The position numbers were made by a program, and so were the translations under genes. Positions 12,380 through 25,627 of a stretch of 64,000 nt of DNA are shown in pieces (the first letter of the stretch is position 1; each line of letters starts with the position of its first letter). This stretch comes from Octopus sinensis (Eukaryota), in assembly GCF_006345805.1 (NCBI RefSeq), contig NC_043006.1, positions 71,238,001-71,302,000 on the forward strand, in the 5' to 3' direction. A model generated the notes under the pieces. That model saw nothing but the letters and a program-made list of their open reading frames with translations. It made no database searches and was not told the origin of the DNA.

Positions 12380-13330
12380 ACTTATCTACATACAAGCATG
12401 CATACATGCACGCATACATACATACACACACATACATGCATACATACGTACGTACATATACACAAACATGCATACATATGCACACACACATACATACATA
12501 TATATACAGAGGTACATGCCAACACTCACATGCATACATGCGCATACATACATACACGCACATACAAACATGCATATATACATACACACACACACATACA
12601 TGCATACATGCATACATACACACATATATACACACACACATACATACATGCACGCATACATACATACACACACATACATGCATACATACGTACGTACATA
12701 TACACAAACATGCATACATATGCACACACACACATACATACATATATATATATATAGAGGTACATGCCAACACTCACATGCATACATGCGCATACATACA
12801 TACACGCACATACAAACATGCATATATACATACAAACACACACACATACATGCATACATGCATACATACACACATATATACATACACACATACATACATA
12901 CATGCACACATACATACACACACATACATACACACATATACTTACACATACATACATATACACACATACATACATACATACATGCATACATATATACATT
13001 AATACATACATACACGCACATGCATACATACACACACGTACATACATACACACATACATACACACGTACATACATACTTGCATACACTCATACATACACA
13101 TATACATACATATAAATACATATATGCACACATGCATACATACACATGCATACATCCACATACATACATACGTACATACATACACACACGCATACATGCA
13201 TACATACGTACATAAATCCATACATGCATGCATACATGCATACATGCATACATACATACATACACACGTACATGCATACATACGCACACGCACACGAACA
13301 CATACATACATATCTACATACATGCATGCA
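12380..13330. repeat. Complex CA/TA/CATG microsatellite with a ~244-bp higher-order duplication
   Basis: The landmark agaggtacatgccaacactcacatgcatacatgcgcatac occurs at ~12508 and ~12756. Confidence 0.85.
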
Positions 13331-13338
13331 TGTATGTA

Positions 13339-13587
13339 TTTCTTTATTACCCACAAGGGGCTAAACATAGAGGGGACAAACAAGGACAGACAAAGGTATT
13401 AAGTCGATTACATCGACCCCAGTGCGTAACTGGTACTTAATTTATCGACCCCGAAAAGATGAAAGGCAAAGTCGACCACGGCGGAATTTGAACTCAGAAC
13501 GTAACGGTAGACGAAATACGGCTACGCATTTCGCCCGACGTGATAACGATTCTGCCAGCTCGCCGCCTGTACCAGCTCGCCGCCTCT
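13339..13587 (-). mobile_element. SINE family 2 with Tx1-like tail (tail type X)
   Basis: Head ggcggcgagctggcagaatcgttatcacgtcgggcgaaatgcg...gttctgagttcaaattccgcc; tail ...ttgtcccctctatgtttagccccttgtgggtaataaagaaa. Other X-tailed copies lie at ~23697-23915 and 33567-33818. Confidence 0.85.
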
Positions 13588-13842
13588 ATGTATGTATGTA
13601 TGTATGTGTGTATGTATTTATGCATGTATATGTCTATGTATGTATGCATACATGCATGCATGTATGCATACATACATAGACATATACATGCATAAATACA
13701 TACACACATACATACATACATACATACATGCATGATACATACATACATAATACATACATACAATCATACATACATACATACCATACATACATACATACAT
13801 ACATACATACATACATACAATCATACATACATACATCATACA

Positions 13843-13876
<34 letters not shown>

Positions 13877-15196
13877 CATACATACATACATACATACATA
13901 CATACAATCATACATACATACATACATACATACAATCATACATACATACATACATACATACATACATACATACATACATACATACATACAATCATACATA
14001 CATACATACATACATACATACATACATACATACATACATACAATCATACATACATACATACATACATACAATCATACATACATACATACATACATACAAT
14101 CATACATACATACATACATACATACATACATACATACATACATACAATCATACATACATACATACATACATACAATCATACATACATAACAAACATACAT
14201 ACATACATATACATACATACATACATACAATCATACATACATAATACATACATACAATCATACATACATACATACATACATACAACATACATACATACAT
14301 AAATCATACATACATACATACATACATACAATCATACATACATACATACATACAATCATACATACATACAACTACATACAATCATAATACATACATACAT
14401 ACATACATACATACATACATACATACAATCATACATACATACATACATACATACAATCATACATACATACATACATACATACATACATACATACAATCAT
14501 ACATACATACATACATACATACATACATACATACATACATGCATACATACATACATACATACATACAATCATACATACAATCATACATACATACATACAT
14601 ACATACATACATACATACATACATACATACATACAATCATACATACATACATACATACATACAATCATACATACATACATACATACATACATACAATCAT
14701 ACATACATACATACATACATACAATCATACGTACATACATACATACATACATACATACATACATACAATCATACATACATACATACATACATACAATCAT
14801 ACATACATACATACATACATACATACATACATACATACAATCATACATACATACATACATACATACATACATACATACATACATACATACATGCATACAT
14901 ACATACAAACATACATACAATCATAACTACAATCATACATACATACATACATACATACATCAACACATACATACATACATACAATCATACATACATACAT
15001 ACATACAATCATACATACATACATACACATACATACAACATACATACAACATCCTACATACATACATACATACATTACATGCATACATACATACATACAT
15101 ACATACAATCATACATACTACATACATACATACATACATACATACATACATACATACATACATACATACATACATACATACATACATACATACATA
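13588..15196. repeat. ~1.6-kb (CATA)n array with recurrent CAAT variant units
   Basis: Read directly. Confidence 0.95.
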
Positions 15197-16137
15197 CCAC
15201 AAGCCAGACAGAGAACTCGCGCTTAATACAATAAAACTAAAAAGCATTACGATATTACATCCTTGAAATGAATTCGATTGAATCCAATTTATCGTGTGTT
15301 AGCATTGTGCTGAATAGATTGAATTTATTAAATGGGAATTATTTATTGATTCATGATTGATTGTGCGTTAAGATATTACATTTAGGTAAGGAAATCGATT
15401 GAGTCAAATTTATTTATCTGTTCGCGTTGCGTTGAGTAGGTTAAATTTATTAAATGAGAATTGGCTTTCGATTTCTGCTCGATTGATCAATTTCAAATGT
15501 AATTCAAGGCTTTACAAATAATCGATTATATTTGTTTTCAGTTACATAAGTGAGATATACATATACGTGCGTTTCTCTGTGTGTGTTGTGTGTGTGTGTG
15601 TGTGTGGTGTGTGTGTGTGTGTGTGTCTGTGTGTGTGTGTCTGTGTAAATGTATGCGTGGAGGTGAATGTACGCTGATCATTTAAGGAATAAAAGAGATA
15701 TACGTGAACTACTTCAAGTTTCATGTTCAGCAAGTATACTAAGCGAACGGACTTATCCGACAATCGTTCAGCCTCAAATGGCATGACTACTCCGTGTAAA
15801 GTGTGTGTGCGTGTGTGTGTGTGTGTAGACAGAGAGAGAGAGAGAGAAAATAAGGAAAGAGAAAGAGAGAGAGATCAACTTTCACTATTCCTTCTCATGT
15901 ATACATACATTTACACACACACACACATATATATAAATATATCCTATATTAGATTTATGTACATAAGCATATACACGAACACACACACACACATACATGC
16001 ATATATATAGATAAACATATCCCTCTGCAATGAATATATGTGTGATATATTTGTATATGCAAGTATGCATGTATTCACACATCTATACATGTATGATATA
16101 TATAGTTTGTATATTTATGTATACACATATACTCATA

Positions 16138-16195
<58 letters not shown>

Positions 16196-16214
16196 TCATT
16201 TATTCATCATCATT

Positions 16215-17100
16215 ACTACCATCATAATCAGCAATGCCATTGCCACCATCAACATCTTACGCCCGCTTTTCCATAATTGCATGGGCTAGATGCCTCTCCG
16301 TCACATCATCTCGCCCTTTATTGGAGTCCTTTGTCATCTTTTTCCTGCGGTTCAGTTTCATGAAATCAACTTTCACCATTCCTTCTCATGTCTTTCACAG
16401 TCTTTCTTTCCTACAGTTTCTTTCCAGCGAGATTACATGGTATTTTCTCCACCAACTCTCATGCTTCATAAGCACGGCATGTCTGTACCAGCTCTCTTCT
16501 GTCTTTACACATCAAATCTGATTCCTCTTATATTTAGTTTGTTTTGTTTTTCTCCTCATTTATTTGATCTCCGTCGTTAACATTGAGCGTTTCTTATTAC
16601 ACATCCAACGTAGCAAGTTCACCGCGTTTCTTTCTCGCCTTCAAACATCTGCATTCAATGTCCATATTTCTCTTCCGAGAAACATCACATTTCGGACACA
16701 AATATACGAAACTCGTTTATTTGAACGAAATTCGTTCAAAAAGTACCCAACTTTAATTTTTCCCCCTAAAACTAATCCTTTCGGTTGAAGGTGACGCCAC
16801 CCTTTCTACGCATGCGAGAAACTTTTCGCGCCGGTAGACCGCATCAGTTCCCTTTCCACTACTCCTAGAGTACAAACGTGAAGTCCTTCTCTGCTTATGA
16901 TCCTGTAGTATCTCTTGTGCATCCATATTTACATTGAGTACCCTGTACGGAATTCCAGCCTAATATTCTGCTTATCAAGCGTAGCTACTTCCCCGGCGGG
17001 AGTCCTATCTTGTTTTCTGGAAAATTAAGTGTTTGTTTTTAAGTTTATTTTAACGCCTCTCCATTCTAGATTCTCTTATGTTTCTGTTTCTGCTCTAACT
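16215..17100 (-). mobile_element. Old RTE-clade LINE, 3' part
   Basis: The minus strand gives CVRNVMFLGREIWTLNAD, LLRWMC, WYRHA, and WNSVQGTQCK...WMHKR (Cys/His module), followed by a (ATG)n-type tail. Confidence 0.7.
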
Positions 17101-17241
17101 CTTACTTTGATCTTTCTAATCACCAATCTATCTTGGGGACTTCATTATTCAGAGAAGAAAAACTTCGTATTCGCAACCAAATTGTCTAACCACTTTTTTC
17201 TGTAAGTACAAAGTCTGGCTAACGGGCTTGTTCGCCTAAGA

Positions 17242-18008
17242 CAGTGGTTCTCAATCACTCTTTACCTATGGATCCCTGCGATTTCTACTTTGTTCTTGTG
17301 AACCCTTATAAACATTCGATATTTAAAAACTAGTTATATAGATACTTCTTTCAAAATTCCCATTTTGTTTGTTACATATTCACTTGTGTAAGTTTGCAAT
17401 AGCACTCTCTGAGAGAACATGTTTAAGTTGCTAGAAACATGCAGAACAAGAGCACTCAGAGAGCGCGAACCTCTGCCAAGGCAACACCAACGATTAGCCA
17501 GAGATGATTTTTAAAATGAGAATATCTGAAATAAACTCGACTGCTCTCACAAACGAGAATACTAAAAATGAACCTGACCGCTCTCAAAAATTAGGTAAAA
17601 AAAAAAACGGAAAAATAATCCAGAATCCTTGTCCGGTACCGGATCGAGCCCAAAATCTAAACAGTTCGTGTCAGTCACGAGGCCAAACATCCCTGAAAGT
17701 TTCATCCGAATCCATCCAGCAGTCCTTGAGATATCTTGTCCACGGACAAACAAACAAACAAACACGACTGAAAACAATACCTCCGTCTTCAATAAGGCGG
17801 AAATAATTATGTAAAATATTAGAGAAACAGCCTTGCTCATAGCCATTCGATGTTTCAAAAAATCTCGTCATACTTTTAGAATTAAATATTATCAGGAATT
17901 GTGTAAAGAAAAAATGTTAACATATTTGTGCACTGTGGAAGTGTAACTACTTTATTGCAGATAAACTTTAACAACAAAATCTTACATGGACCCCTGTTGA
18001 GAATTACC
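17242..18008 (+). mobile_element. hAT-type MITE split by a Helentron-like insertion
   Basis: The left end cagtggttctcaa at 17242 and the right end catggacccctgttgagaattac at ~17985-18008 flank the 17446-17806 element. Confidence 0.6.
17446..17806 (+). mobile_element. Helentron-associated (HINE-like) non-autonomous element
   Basis: Starts aacaagagcactcagagagcgc, has an internal (AAAC)n tract, and ends in the stem-loop ctccgtcttc..aaggcggaaat. A second copy is at 24216-24595. Confidence 0.6.
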
Positions 18009-18196
18009 GGGTTAAGAGGTAGGGAATCAGATGGTTGACCGGTTTCCTAAACTTAGGTTGGAAATAGTTTGGTCTTTTACATCAAGGAATTCCATAAACC
18101 TTGACTATTCTTTATTCTTTGTACCATATTAATGCCATCCTGATGTTGCCGAACATGTCCATCACCAGCCGTGATAATAAGGTCCCTATCATTTGT

Positions 18197-18253
<57 letters not shown>

Positions 18254-19759
18254 CAGCAGCAGCAGCAGCAGCAGTAGCCGGAGCATCAGCAGCAGTGGTG
18301 GTGGAGGTGGTGGTGGTGGTAGTGGTGGTGGTAGTCAGCAGGAGGATTTCATAATAACGGTCCCTTTAGTTAATCACTCAACCCTCCATTTGGTGCAGAT
18401 CCCTTAAATTACTGTCCTTATTGTATTGCTTGCGACAAGTGTAAAGCGTATTCTGTCCCATATTCTGACTACGCCAATAACTTTATTTGTCAAGTTTTTT
18501 GGGTTTTTTTCTGTTAACAAAAATGAACTCCAGCACCGTGACCCACTGAGGAAAATCTGCCTTTGTGTCCATGAGTGTGGTTGAAACGCCACTTCATTTT
18601 TACCTCTTGTACATAGGACACATCTTTCTTTTCTTTCTTTTTTTTTGGGGGGGGGAGGATTCCGTACCCCTTTGAGCAACATCAAAATTCACTCATCCAT
18701 GGTGGTGGTGGTGGTGGCGGCGGTGGTGGTGGTGGTGGCGGTGGTGGTGGCGGTGGTGGTGGTGTTTGTGGTAGGGGAGATGGCGGTAATAAAATATTCT
18801 GTAGGGCCCCGCTACTGATATTGGGGGTTGCGCTCTATGCCTTGACCCAAGCATAGGATGGGGCTCGCCTCTTTGAGCTAGGAATTGAATGGGATGCCTG
18901 GCGTATGTCTTGTTGTGGCTACCCGCTCCTTTAAAAAACGGGGAATAAGCCTGGATATATGTATGTATGTACATAGGCCGCATCTATTCGTCTCAACTCT
19001 AGCATCCCTACAATCTCTTTCGATCTCCCTTTCATCTCGCCAACTTTAATGCTAGCAGCCATGAAGTTTGGTTCCAAACAAGGAAGAGAAGGGTTTCTTT
19101 TAGTGTTGGGATTGTTTGGTACCTATTTTCTGCTTCCGGAACGAAACAAAAGTTGGCACATAGGCGCAGGCATGGTTAATAAGCTAGCTTTTACAACCAG
19201 GTGGTTTCGAGTTGAGTCTCACAACGCAGCATCTTGGGCAGTTGTCTTCGGATGTGGGCCCTAGTCGACTCATGCTTTGGAGGTGAATTTGGTTGACAGA
19301 AATTGAATGGAAATCCGTCATGTGTGTGTGTGTGAGTGTGCGCATGTATGTCAATTTGCTGTCTTTCCCGAACAATGCTGCATTATATCCGCAGTCCAGT
19401 GACTGAAACAAGTAAAAAATAGAAGACATGTATGTGTTGTGTGTGTGTGTGCGCATGTGTGTATATGTGTGTGTTATTTCTTTTATTCTTTTACTTGTTT
19501 CAGTCATTTTACCCGTACCATGCTGGAGCACCGCCTTGAAGGGTTTTAGCCAGTTCCGTGAAAGAGAACTGTCAAGACATGCTGTGAAGCCGTCCTGAAA
19601 AATTGAAAAACAGGTAAGGCATTTGTCTTTTTTGGGAGCTCAGTGTTGCTTATATTGAATTATTTTTTCGAAAAAAGGTCTCCACTGGGTTCCAGGCAAT
19701 TGTCTGCCATTGGTCATACAAAAAGTCTCACTTTATAGTGAGAATTGTGTTTGTTTTGT

Positions 19760-20095
19760 GGTGGTGGTGGTGGTGATGGTGGTTATGATGGTAGTGGTTG
19801 TGGTAGTGGTTATGGTGGTGGTGTTAATGGTGGTTTTGGTGGTGATGGTAGTAGTGGTGGTGGTGGTGGTAGTGGTGGTTGCGTTGGTGGTGATAGTACT
19901 GGTTTTCATGGTTGTAATGGTGTTAGTGGAGACGGTGGTGATCCTTCTGATAACAGTGATGGTGGTGGTGGTGGTGGTGGTGGTGGTGGTGGTGGACTGG
20001 TCGTGGTAGCGATATTAGTATTATTGTTGGTGGCGGTGATAGTGTGGTGCTGGTGTAAAAGATGGAACTTGTGGTTTCAGTGGTACTGTGATTGT

Positions 20096-20168
<73 letters not shown>

Positions 20169-20178
20169 TAGTAGTAGT

Positions 20179-20247
<69 letters not shown>

Positions 20248-20400
20248 GGTGGTGGTGGTGGTGGTGGTGGTAGTAGTAGTAGTAGTGGTTGTTGTAGCAG
20301 CAGCAACAGCAACAGTAGTAGTAGTAGTGGTTGTGGTGGTGGCGGCGGCGGCGGCGGCGGCGGTGGTGGTGGTGGTGGTGGTGGTGGTGGTGGTGGCAGT
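19760..20400. repeat. GGT/GTA/GCA/GGC trinucleotide array
   Basis: Read directly; similar arrays at 18198-18335, 18700-18765, 24895-25060 and 25245-25820. Confidence 0.95.
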
Positions 20401-20973
20401 GTTTGGGGTAGGGGAGATGGCGGTAATAAAAATTAAAAATTGTGAATTCACGCCAAAAATTCTTGCTGGAATTTTTATCTTGGTAAGGTTTCCTATCTTC
20501 CCAATGTTTATGATGGGGGCGGGATGTGACGGGGGTACTGCTGTATTGAGGGGGAATATAGTGGGGTAGTGTGGAGGTAGGAGGAGAGATGCAAAGTGGT
20601 GGAATGTGAGGGTGAGGAGCAATGAAGAGAGAGTAGTGTAGGGGTGGGTGTGGAAGTGGGGCGAGACGGAATGGGAGGGGCAGAGGTATGGCAACGGAGG
20701 GGGTAGAGTGGTGGCGGTGCGATGGGGGGTTGGTGTTGGGTGGGGAGTGTGGGAGCAGAGGCGGGGAATGTGTGGTGGTGAGAGGGTAAGAGGGAAAGTG
20801 TAGTGAAAGGGAGCGGAGAGGGACCGGGGGTATAAACGTGAAGGGAAAGATGGAATGTGGTAGGGAAAGAGAGGGTGGGAGTTGCTGAGAGAGGAGACGT
20901 GTGTGCGTGTGTTTATGTTGGGGGTGGAAATTATGTGATCAGAGTGAGAGAGAAAATATGTGTATTTATGTAT

Positions 20974-21008
<35 letters not shown>

Positions 21009-21260
21009 TGTATATGTATATGTTATATATGTGTATATATATATTTATACATATATATATAAATAATATGTATATACAAACACACATACATGCATACATA
21101 CATACACACAGACACACACACACACACACAAATATATACGTATATGTAAGTAAACATTTGCATATAGATATACATACATATATATATATACATCTTTGCG
21201 TGTATGTGTGTGTGTCAGTGCGCGCAACGTGCGCTTGTAGAGACAGACAGACAGACAGAC

Positions 21261-21347
<87 letters not shown>

Positions 21348-21391
21348 AAAACGCATAGATAGACAGACAGACAGACAGACAGGCAGATAAC

Positions 21392-22673
21392 TTTCTTTAT
21401 TGACCACACAAGGATTAACACAGAGGGGACAAATACAAATGTAGAGCCTTTCTTTTCGAAAATGAAAAAAAAAGTAAAATTCCAATCAAAAGGGATCGGG
21501 AAAAAAAAGACGATCAAAAGGGATCGTATGTCACAGAAGAATTTTTAAAATGTAAAAAGCAAGATTAGGTTTATCCATGGAAAGAAAAGCCTACGGAAAA
21601 GACCACAGTAACCTCAGGCAGGGAGGGAATAAACACATGAAAGCAAAAAGCTCTCTCTCTCTCTTTTCGATTTACAGGATCATGCTCAAAGTGGTTTCGT
21701 TATTCGTACGTACCATCTTTGCTACATTCACCCACCTTTTTTTGAAACTTTCACGTGACAAAACCTGCCTCTCCATTCTCACCTTCCTTTTCAAGTGGTA
21801 CTTGAAAAAGTTGATGAGCGATTGGCCAGAGAGGTAAGTGTTTGTCTCTAATCCTTTCGCTTGAGTCCACTATACACATTCTTTCACTATGGCCAGCAGT
21901 ACGATGAAGACTGCCTTGCCTTCCCGGTTGAGGGGAGGTGGCGGAGCAATTTTCACGATAGACTCGGCCGACAGGCGGACTCGTCCCACACGTGACAGCA
22001 GCCGTTCGGCATAAGCCCACAGGTCCAAAATGGTTGGACACTACACGAGCGCGTGCAGAACGGTTTCGTCGCTCTGACCGCATCTCGGGCAAGTCGGTCC
22101 GGTGTGTCGGTCCGGTGTGCCTGTAGAGCTTATCCCGAACAGGTAATGCTTCTCGATAGCACTGCCAGGTCAGGGATCTTTGGTGATTGTCCGTAGGTCC
22201 TGGTCCGAAAGTTGTCCTGAACAGGAGGGTCAGGTGTTCCCCGTCGATGCCCAGATTCTGTCCGAGAACATCGTCGCACCTCCCCTCCACTAATCCTCTA
22301 TAGAACGCCTTTGTTGTAATGAAGTTGCACAAGTTTGATCCCGGACGGCAGAGTTGCTTGAGAGCAACGCGATACTCGCGGTGCCATTCGCCTGGCCTCG
22401 GTCTCTGTTTGATCCACGACTGCAGTTCGGCCAAGGAGACGAGCTGCGGGAAAACGCGCCGCACAAACGACGCCGACCACACCTGTTCACCGTCGTCTAT
22501 GAAGCGCCGAAGATGTCACAGTCTCACTGCGTGTCTGCGCATCATAAACCATGGTATGCCTAGACCTCCATTTAGCGGGTGTTGACAGCAAATGGATTGC
22601 CTAACCATCGGAACGCTTCCCTTCCACAAGAAGCGGAAGAGTATGCGTTCCAGTTTGGTGATGGTAAGGTCGG

Positions 22674-22674
<1 letters not shown>
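21392..22674 (-). mobile_element. Tx1-type (L1 clade) LINE, 5'-truncated 3' end
   Basis: Minus-strand ORF2 pieces [48 protein letters not shown], a C-x2-C...ETVLHA...C knuckle, and RWVNVAK. The 3' UTR ends ...cttgtgtggtcaataaagaaa. Flanked by (AGAC/AGAT)n on both sides. Confidence 0.85.
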
Positions 22675-22711
<37 letters not shown>

Positions 22712-22720
22712 TAGACAGAC

Positions 22721-22812
<92 letters not shown>

Positions 22813-23461
22813 GTAGTTGAGCATTTCATAGACACGTGTACCTTTAATGTGTCAGGCTGAATTAGTACGTGACAAGGCTGAACCTTTGAGTTACAGACAC
22901 TATCCAACTGAAGGCTTCTACACAGTTTCCGTCTACTTGATATCACTCACTAGGCTTGACAGAACCAAACGCTTTGGTGGGAGAGACTCGTCTAAGACGC
23001 CACGCATTAAACACAAGACCTCTAATTGCCACGAAAACTTGTTAACCATTCTGTCACTCTCTCCTTTTCTCTCTATCTCCCTTTCTCTCACTCTTCTCTC
23101 TTTCTCATTCGCTCTCTCTGTCTCCCTCTTTCTCTCTCCTTCCCGCTATTTATCTATCTACAAGGTGTTCGGGTTTAATTTGACAGTTTTGCATAGAGCA
23201 CTGCATCCTTCAAAACTTCCATGCTTCCTGAGATTCGCCAACACTACACTTGATTTTCTCCCCTCCATACACACACAAGCATGTATCTGACTCATACATT
23301 GTTCGCTTTCCAAGCATTTCTACATTACTGCATGTACTTTATATGCACTTTCTGACAAGTTGTGGTGCACCTGAGCACTGTATACAATTAATTTCATTAT
23401 TTTTAAAACGCAAATATCCTTTCCAAAAATAAAAATATGTAAAACAAATCAAAAATATCAA

Positions 23462-23695
23462 CTACGTTATGGCTGGGAGATAACAGTGTACTCAAGGTAG
23501 CCACCCACTACATCCAACACAGCCTCAACACGGCTCCTTAATTTGGTGCATGCGTTCCACACTGTACACGATCTTCGAACACCGCTTAGATCTTGGATAC
23601 CAGCTCGGCCTTCGTGTTACAGGTAGAGCACTTGATGTCTTTCTTAACCGCGCTCTACACACAGTAATCGACAGGAGTACAACCAAGGGAATTAG
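23462..23695 (-). mobile_element. maT/Tc1-mariner transposase C-terminal fragment
   Basis: Reads PVDYCV...CNTKAELVSKI...NACTKLRSRVEAVLDVVGGYLE, homologous to the end of 37658-38510. Confidence 0.65.
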
Positions 23696-23696
23696 A

Positions 23697-24095
23697 AATT
23701 GGGGCTGGCAGAAACGTTAGCACGCCGGGCAAAATACTTACCGGTATTTCGTCTGCCGCTACGTTCTGAGTTCAAATTCCTCTGCGGTCAACTTTGCCTT
23801 TCATCCTTTCGGGGTCGATTAAATAAGTACCAGTTATGCACTGGGGTCGATATAATCGACTTAATCCGTTTGTCTGTCCTTGTTTGTCCTCTCTGTGTTT
23901 AACCCTTGTCGGCAGTAAAAAAATAGGTATTTCGTCTGCCGTTACGTTCTGAGTTCAAATTTCTCTGCGGTCGACTTTGCCTTTCATTCTTTCGGGGTCG
24001 ATAAATTAAGTACCAGTCAAGTACTGGGGTTGATCTAATAGATTAGCCCCCTCCCCCAAAATTTCAGGCCTTATGCCTAGAGTAGAAACGAATAT
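23697..24095 (+). mobile_element. Two tandem SINE family 2 copies (first tail X, second tail Y)
   Basis: Both have the body gtatttcgtctgccg(c/t)tacgttctgagttcaaattt...; the tails differ after the gtcgat/taatcgact hairpin. Confidence 0.85.
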
Positions 24096-24215
24096 TTCTA
24101 TATGTCTTCATTTTTCATTCGTTTTATGTTTTTTGTCCCCATTGTCCCCTCTATGTTAAGGCCTGGCAGCCAAATAAAGAATAGCAGATTACTCTGTCAA
24201 ATGAAATACTTATTT

Positions 24216-24595
24216 ATTACCTTCGCCTTAGCGAAGATGGAGGTATTCTTTTCAGTGGTGTTGGTTTGTTTATTTCTCCGTGGATAAGATATCTCAAGGA
24301 CCGCTGGATGGATTCGGATGAAACTTTCAGGGATGCTTGGCCTCATGACTGACACGAACTGATTAGATTTTGGGATCGATCCGGTACCGGACAAGAATTC
24401 TGGATCATTTTTCCAGTTTTTTTTTTTTTTCTACTTAATATTTGAGGGCGGTCGGGTTCATTTTTAGTATTCTCGTTTGTGAGAGCAGTCGAGTTTATTT
24501 CAGATATTCTCATTTTAAAAATCATCTCTGGCTAATCGTTGAGAGGGCGTTGGTGTTGCCCTGGCGGAGATCTGCGCTCTCTGAGCGCTCTTGTT
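24216..24595 (-). mobile_element. Helentron-associated element, second copy, inserted in a P1-family MITE
   Basis: Reverse-complement paralog of 17446-17806. The flanks (24185-24215 and 24596-24770) join into the MITE also seen at 40264-40672. Confidence 0.6.
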
Positions 24596-25585
24596 TTCAA
24601 TTAATCCGACATTATATTATAATTTTGATATTTCAATGACGCGTTTATTAATTTTTAGAAAGACATCGTAGGGTGGATGTGCAAAGGCGAATCTAGATGG
24701 GTTGAACACGTGGAATATTTGGGCCACATGTGGTCGATTTAAATGCTAAACGATTAAATCGGTGAATAAACTCTGTAACTCAGTGCAGGGTATATGCCAG
24801 AAAATCAGGTAGAATGGCCATGTCTGGAAAAGAGAAAGCTATATAAACCACTAGATAGAGGTTCCTTCTTTAGCTATTGCTGATGTCGCTGTTGTTGATG
24901 ATGGTGATGATGATGGTGATGGTGATCATGATCATGATCATGATGATGATCATGATGATCATGATCATGATGACGACGACGACGACGATGATGACGATGA
25001 TGACGACGACGACGATGATAATGATGATGATAATAATTATGATGATGATGATGATATTGATATTGTCGTTTACCCCTAGACCAGTTCTCATCAGGCAGAC
25101 TTGTGGTTGAAGTCGTTCCAGCCATGGCCATTTTGCAAAGAGCATACTCCAGTTTGCCCTTCCCCTTTTCAGATGATAGAATATGACTTGGCGGTAAACT
25201 GGCTGCCATTTCTAGCAGAACAAACGACCACGTAGTGTTCATTCAGTGGTGGTGGTGGTGGTCGATGGATGGTTAGAGTGGTAGTGGTGATGGTTTAGGC
25301 GGCGGCGGCGGCGGCGGTGGGGGGGGGAGTGATGGGGCGGGGTGATGGCGGTGATGGTGGGGTATTGCTGGTAGTTTTGGCAGTAATTGTGGTCGTAATA
25401 GTGGTTGTGATGGTGGTGGTGGTGGTGGTGGTGGTGGTGGCGGCGGTGATGGTGGCGGTGGTAGTGGTGACGGTGGCGGTGGCGGTGGCGGTGGCGGTGA
25501 CAGTGGTGATGGTCGTCGTTGTGATGGTGGTCGTTATGCTGGGTGGTAGTGGTGATTTTAGTGGTTGTGATGGTAGTAGTGATGA

Positions 25586-25627
<42 letters not shown>

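Noticed and set aside
13588-15196. CRISPR-like or coding repeat array
   Set aside because: Simple tetranucleotide repeat with no unique spacers, in a eukaryotic context.
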